Part shown: positions 59,648 to 64,000 of the stretch, piece by piece
Layout of the letters: every line of letters begins with the position of its first letter
How positions within the stretch are numbered: the first letter of the stretch is position 1
Assembly: GCA_965215015.1 (NCBI GenBank)
Contig: OZ244042.1
Location: 640,001 to 704,000 of the forward strand
Direction: 5' to 3'
Length of the DNA stretch: 64,000 bases
Origin: Candidatus Poribacteria bacterium
GTDB lineage: Bacteria > Poribacteria > WGA-4E > PCPOR2b
Translations under genes and position numbers: made by a program
The notes under the pieces: generated by a model
What the model was told of the DNA's origin: nothing
Databases searched by the model: none
The model's input: the letters and a program-made list of their open reading frames with translations, nothing else

Positions 59648-60730
59648 CTATGTTTCGCGTATGACGAGATCAACCCCCAGACCGGGGCGATCGGAAAGTT
59701 CGATACACCCAGAAACTATCTGCTCCGGCGGGTTAAGGAGTTCAGCCCGCCATCCCACCTCACCCCATGCGTACTCTAGGATCGCAAAGTTCGGCACAGT
59801 TGCCATACACTGCACACTTGCTGCAGTCGCAACCGGCCCACTTGGGTTATGCGGTGTGACCATCACGTCTGCTGCTTCTGCCATTGCCGCAATCTTTTTC
59901 AATTCTAAGATTCCACCGACATGCTTCACATCTGGTAGAATATAGTCAGCAGCACGCTTCTCAAAAAGTCGTTGAAATCCGGATTTGGTTCGTAACTGCT
60001 CTCCGGTCGCGATTGGCATTGAGGTAGATTGACTGACGTGCGAGAGGGCATCTATATTTGTCATAGGAATGGGATCTTCGAGCCAGAAGAGATGAAGGTC
60101 ATCAAGGGCTTTTGCTGTCTGGACAATCAAGCCCGGATTAAAACGGCTATGACAATCAACCATCAAATCAATGTCGGGTCCGATGGTTTCGCGGATGCGG
60201 CGGATACGTTCAATTCCGGTCCGAATCGCAGGTGCCAAAGTGCCGTGGGATATGTCGCGTGTAGAAACATCGTCAAAGGGGGCGCACTTAACCGCCGTAA
60301 ACCCTTCTTCGACCGCCTTCCTAGCATTTTGCGCGAAGCCTTCAGGGGTTCGGTTCACTGTCGCACGGTTGATGTTGGCATAGAGACGAATCTTCTCTCG
60401 ACATCTGCCACCCAAGAGTTGATGGGTGGGGGTGTTTAACGCCTTGCCGACAAGATCCCAGAGCGCGTGTTCGATTCCGCTGATTGCCGTGTGATAGGGG
60501 CGTCCTTCGTGCTCATGATACAACCGGCGGTGGAATTCCTCAATTTGGAACACCTCCCGACCAATGAGGGCAGAGTTGAATCCCTCAATAATTTGAACCA
60601 CACGTCCGTCGTGTCCGTGAGATGCTTCGCCGATGCCGACTAAACCATCTTCAGCATGGATTTTGACAAAAACCCAATCTCCACGATGGTTGACATCCAC
60701 AGTATAAGTTTCGATTGCTTTAATTTTCAT
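59648..60730 (-). CDS. Mandelate racemase/muconate lactonizing family (galactonate-dehydratase-like)
   Basis: SGIEHALWDLVGK, YANINR, VDCHSRF, PIATGE and PHNPSGP motifs. Start at ATG 60730 after GAGGA. Confidence 0.87.
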   Translation of the reverse strand: MKIKAIETYTVDVNHRGDWVFVKIHAEDGLVGIGEASHGHDGRVVQIIEGFNSALIGREVFQIEEFHRRLYHEHEGRPYHTAISGIEHALWDLVGKALNTPTHQLLGGRCREKIRLYANINRATVNRTPEGFAQNARKAVEEGFTAVKCAPFDDVSTRDISHGTLAPAIRTGIERIRRIRETIGPDIDLMVDCHSRFNPGLIVQTAKALDDLHLFWLEDPIPMTNIDALSHVSQSTSMPIATGEQLRTKSGFQRLFEKRAADYILPDVKHVGGILELKKIAAMAEAADVMVTPHNPSGPVATAASVQCMATVPNFAILEYAWGEVGWRAELLNPPEQIVSGCIELSDRPGLGVDLVIRET

Positions 60731-60737
60731 TTGATCC

Positions 60738-61142
60738 TCATTCGATAGAGCAAGTTTCAGATTCACAGTCCAATTTGCGCAAACGTGACCGATTCTTTGC
60801 AATGATTAGGTACGCCCCCTTCAGCAGCGTCCGAATGACAGGTACAAGGTAGATCCATGTGATATAGCGATACCTGCCCAACCGTCTATAAATCTGGTAG
60901 ATGGTATCCGCTCCGCAATAGACCTTCCCGTTTGAGTCGATGAACCGCATTCCTTCTTTTGATTCGATGGCTTCAAGCTGTGGATAATATGCGTAGAGAT
61001 CGGGAGCTTGTTTGGGGGTATAGGTAAATTGATCCGCTTGATCTTTGTTCTGAATCTGGCGGATACCGTTCAAGCAGAAATTGCACTCTCCATCGTAAAT
61101 GATAACAGGTTTGGTTAGTTTAGTTGTATTGTCCATTTTCAT
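60738..61142 (-). CDS. DUF393 (DCC1-like) thiol-disulfide oxidoreductase
   Basis: IIYDGECNFC and Y..IAKNR motifs. Confidence 0.85.
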   Translation of the reverse strand: MKMDNTTKLTKPVIIYDGECNFCLNGIRQIQNKDQADQFTYTPKQAPDLYAYYPQLEAIESKEGMRFIDSNGKVYCGADTIYQIYRRLGRYRYITWIYLVPVIRTLLKGAYLIIAKNRSRLRKLDCESETCSIE

Positions 61143-61336
61143 GAAGTAGATTCTCCTTTTGAGGCGATCTTTATGCGGGAAACCACCCTTGCAGAATTTC
61201 ACGGAAGCGACGAAAAGAATCGTCTTGGCACTTTCTCAAGCTCACCTGTTCCGTCAATTGTTGAAACAGTGCGGCGGAATGCTTTGTTTTAGTAAGACGA
61301 AGTAGTTCCCCTAAAAGCTCTTTCGGTCGAGAAGGT

Positions 61337-61573
61337 TTAGTTTCTCCCGCTTGGTGAGTCTAACAATTGCAAAACCTGACCATAGAGATGGCACTCTTCT
61401 GGACGTTCAATGACATCAATCATTTCCAGGTCCTGCAATACAGTACGACGGTGCTCCAACCAGTCTTTGAAATCACCCTCATGGTACTTACAGAACTCTC
61501 TAACAACAGGTGGAAGATTTGAACCGTCCATGCGAAATGTGCGCGGAACAGAAGGGCTCGAAGGGCGGCGCAT
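61337..61573 (-). pseudogene. Internal fragment resembling an AAA_21/AbiEii-type (MADS Mad3-like) ATPase
   Basis: MRRPSSP...DGSNLP.VV...W..H.RT.L.DL..I..IERPEE recalls the middle region of these ATPases. No Walker motifs. Recognition is from memory. Confidence 0.5.
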
Positions 61574-61604
61574 ATTAGATTAACAGATCAGCTGACCTCT
61601 TACA

Positions 61605-63371
61605 TTACATCTTCTCAAGTGTTTCAATGCCCAATAAAGCTAAAGCTTTTTTGATAACAGCTGCTGAAGCGTTTATCAGTGCTAATCGTGCTTTTATCAA
61701 TGAAGGGCTTCCGGCGGCAAGCACAGGGTGCTTGTGGTAGAATTGATTAACAGTTTGTGCGACGATGAACAGATGATTACAGATACGAGCGGGAGAGAGA
61801 TCCCGAGCGGCTTCTTCCACAACTTCAGGGAACTGGATTAGTGCACGAACTAACTGCAATTCCTCTTCATTGCCGAGCAGCGAAAAATCTGCATCAACCG
61901 AGGTAAGGTCTTGGGTTCGCGCTCTTCGCAGAATACTGGCACAGCGCGCGTAAGCATACTGGCAGTAGGGTCCGGTAAAGCCATCGAAGGAAATAGATTC
62001 TTTCGGATCAAAGTTGATGGTCAATTCGGGACGGACGCGGAGCAGATAGAATTTAATTGCTGCCATCCCGATGGCGAAGGCACGCTTCTGAACCTCCGCG
62101 TCTGACAGTCTGTCCTCTGAGTCCCGTTGCCGAATTTCATCTGCGGCAAGCTGGAACATCTCCTCAATGAGGTCATCGGCATCAATCACTGTTCCCTCAC
62201 GCGATTTCATTTTACCTTCTGGCAGATTCACCATACCGTACGACAGGTGGTAACACTCAGGTGCCCATTCAAAACCGAGCATATCGAGTAATTTAAATAA
62301 GCACTGGAAATGGTAGTTCTGTTCTGAACCGACGACATAAATGGAACGGTTGAGTTGATGTTCATCAAACTTCATCTTTGCTGTCCCCAAGTCCTGTGTG
62401 ATGTAAACACTTGTGCCATCCCTACGGAGGAGCGTCTCTACCTTCTGACTCCCATCCTTTTGTGTGCCGAATTCGTCAACAGGCAATTTGGCAATCACAG
62501 CACCGTCTTTAGCTTCGACGAAGGCACCTTTCTCCAAACCGGTTTGGATGAGATCCTTGCCGAGATTATAGGTATGGGACTCATAGTAGAAAGCATCAAA
62601 TTCCAGACCGAGTTTTTGATAGGTTTCGGCAAATCCGTTGTAAACCCACCCGTTCATCATCTCCCAGAGCTTGAGCGTTTCGGGATCGCCGGATTCCCAC
62701 TTCCGAAGCATTGCCTGCGTCTCTTGTTCCAGATTTGGGTGTTTCTCTTCCTCTTGTGCATAACGGACATACCAACCTCCAACAAAATGGTCGCCTTTCG
62801 TGCTAGTTGTCTCCGGCGCTCCACCATTTCCCCATTTCAACCAAGCGAGCATAGATTTGCAAATGTGAACACCGCGATCATTTACAAGGTTCGCCTTAAT
62901 CACTGTATGCCCTGTCGCTTCCAGCAGCTTTGACACCCCCATTCCAAGGACACCGTTGCGAATATGTCCTAAGTGCAAGGGTTTATTGGTGTTGGGGGAA
63001 AGATATTCAACCATCACCCGTTGTCCCGGCCCCACATTCGTGTTTCCAAGACGCTCCCCTTGTCGCACAATTTCATCACATACACCGCCGAACAGGGCTT
63101 GATTGTAGATTTTAACGTTTAAGTAGGGACCAACTGCTGCTACTGACTGGATCGACTCGCTCGGCTCTATTTCGGCTGCGATTCCTTGGGCAATTTTAGC
63201 TGGGTTTTGCCGAAACTGTTTTGCCAACGGGAAGCACTGCACCGTAAAGTCACCCAATCCGACCTGCGGTGGATAGCCCAATTTGAGGGCTTCCGGTTTT
63301 TGTCCAAACCCGTTTTGGCAGGCAACCTCTACGGCGGTTAGAATTTCGTTTTTAATGCTGCCAATCAACAT
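61605..63371 (-). CDS. argS: Arginine--tRNA ligase
   Basis: SPNTNKPLHLGH (HIGH), NDRGVHI, KMKSREG and GPYCQYAYAR motifs. Confidence 0.97.
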   Translation of the reverse strand: MLIGSIKNEILTAVEVACQNGFGQKPEALKLGYPPQVGLGDFTVQCFPLAKQFRQNPAKIAQGIAAEIEPSESIQSVAAVGPYLNVKIYNQALFGGVCDEIVRQGERLGNTNVGPGQRVMVEYLSPNTNKPLHLGHIRNGVLGMGVSKLLEATGHTVIKANLVNDRGVHICKSMLAWLKWGNGGAPETTSTKGDHFVGGWYVRYAQEEEKHPNLEQETQAMLRKWESGDPETLKLWEMMNGWVYNGFAETYQKLGLEFDAFYYESHTYNLGKDLIQTGLEKGAFVEAKDGAVIAKLPVDEFGTQKDGSQKVETLLRRDGTSVYITQDLGTAKMKFDEHQLNRSIYVVGSEQNYHFQCLFKLLDMLGFEWAPECYHLSYGMVNLPEGKMKSREGTVIDADDLIEEMFQLAADEIRQRDSEDRLSDAEVQKRAFAIGMAAIKFYLLRVRPELTINFDPKESISFDGFTGPYCQYAYARCASILRRARTQDLTSVDADFSLLGNEEELQLVRALIQFPEVVEEAARDLSPARICNHLFIVAQTVNQFYHKHPVLAAGSPSLIKARLALINASAAVIKKALALLGIETLEKM

Positions 63372-63380
63372 CCGTCCCTC

Positions 63381-63842
63381 CTATTTTTCTTCGCTAGGTT
63401 GAGGAAGGACAAGACTTTCGTCATCGAATTCGTAGTCTTCCAACTCGTCATATACTTCTTCATCTTCCTCATATTCAGTGATTGCTTCCATATCCGGAAT
63501 TTCAATCTGTGGAGCGTCAGCCCAAAGGCGTTCAAGATTATAGTATTCTCGCTTCTCTTCGAGAAAAATATGTACCACAAAGTCAACGTAGTCTAGCAAG
63601 ACCCAGTCCGCATTGCGGCCTCCTTCTCGGTGCCAAGGACGTTCATTCCAGTTTTCTTTTAGTTCATCGAGCACGGCGTCAGATATACCTTCGACCTGCG
63701 TATCAGAGACACCACTACAGATAATGAAAAAATTTGTAAACGAAGGTAACTGTCTTAAATCGAGGATAACCGCATTGCTAGCCCGTCGGCTCAAGGCAGT
63801 AGCAGCGGCAGCGTGTACCATTTCTAGCGTGTTTTCTTGCAT
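63381..63842 (-). CDS. rsfS: Ribosome silencing factor with acidic C-terminal tail
   Basis: WVLLDY.D.VVHIF..REYYNLERLWADAP motif. Start at ATG 63842 after AGGAGG. Confidence 0.93.
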   Translation of the reverse strand: MQENTLEMVHAAAATALSRRASNAVILDLRQLPSFTNFFIICSGVSDTQVEGISDAVLDELKENWNERPWHREGGRNADWVLLDYVDFVVHIFLEEKREYYNLERLWADAPQIEIPDMEAITEYEEDEEVYDELEDYEFDDESLVLPQPSEEK

Positions 63843-64000
63843 GTTGTTCCTCCTAAAAAAAGAAGTGCCTAGAGCTGGAACCGTGAATTGCACAAATGGC
63901 TGGATACCATGAATAACGCTAGTTCACTGTTTACGCGTTGGTTTACTGATTTCCAGGAGGGCACTGTTATAGGCATCAATTGTCCTCGGGTGAATGAGGA

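Noticed and set aside
1-64000. CRISPR array, tRNA or rRNA genes
   Set aside because: No regularly spaced repeat-spacer run, cloverleaf or rRNA signature was seen by eye. The repeats found are dispersed hairpins.

Overview
Bacterial chromosomal segment of moderate GC. It mixes housekeeping genes (pyrE, ymdB-like, xseAB, dxs, tlyA, trpC, intein-containing rtcB, dsbD, glcD/glcE, mrp, iscS, argS, rsfS) with many sugar-acid and glycan catabolic genes (four Gfo/Idh/MocA oxidoreductases, two enolase-superfamily dehydratases, epimerases, CBM9/DUF5916 proteins, hydrolases) and a 2-oxo-acid dehydrogenase E1a-E1b-E2 cluster. This gene content and the GTAG-type intergenic repeats are reminiscent of Candidatus Poribacteria or similar lineages (inference only). 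Defence cargo is abundant and partly decayed: three type II R-M loci (one apparently intact, two damaged), an SBD-HNH type IV nuclease, a higBA relic, an AAA-ATPase fragment and a tnpB pseudogene. I saw no CRISPR array, tRNA or rRNA. The best leads are: (1) a PorX-like receiver-PglZ phosphodiesterase with an Asp-to-Asn phosphoacceptor change, overlapping a NUDIX gene; (2) a 204-bp MITE with a perfect 9-bp target duplication that carries swappable REP-like hairpins; (3) a structured RNA upstream (5') of tnpB; (4) a roughly 580-nt structured leader of an RRM gene; (5) a small attenuator-like unit. All product calls come from motif recognition by eye, not database searches.
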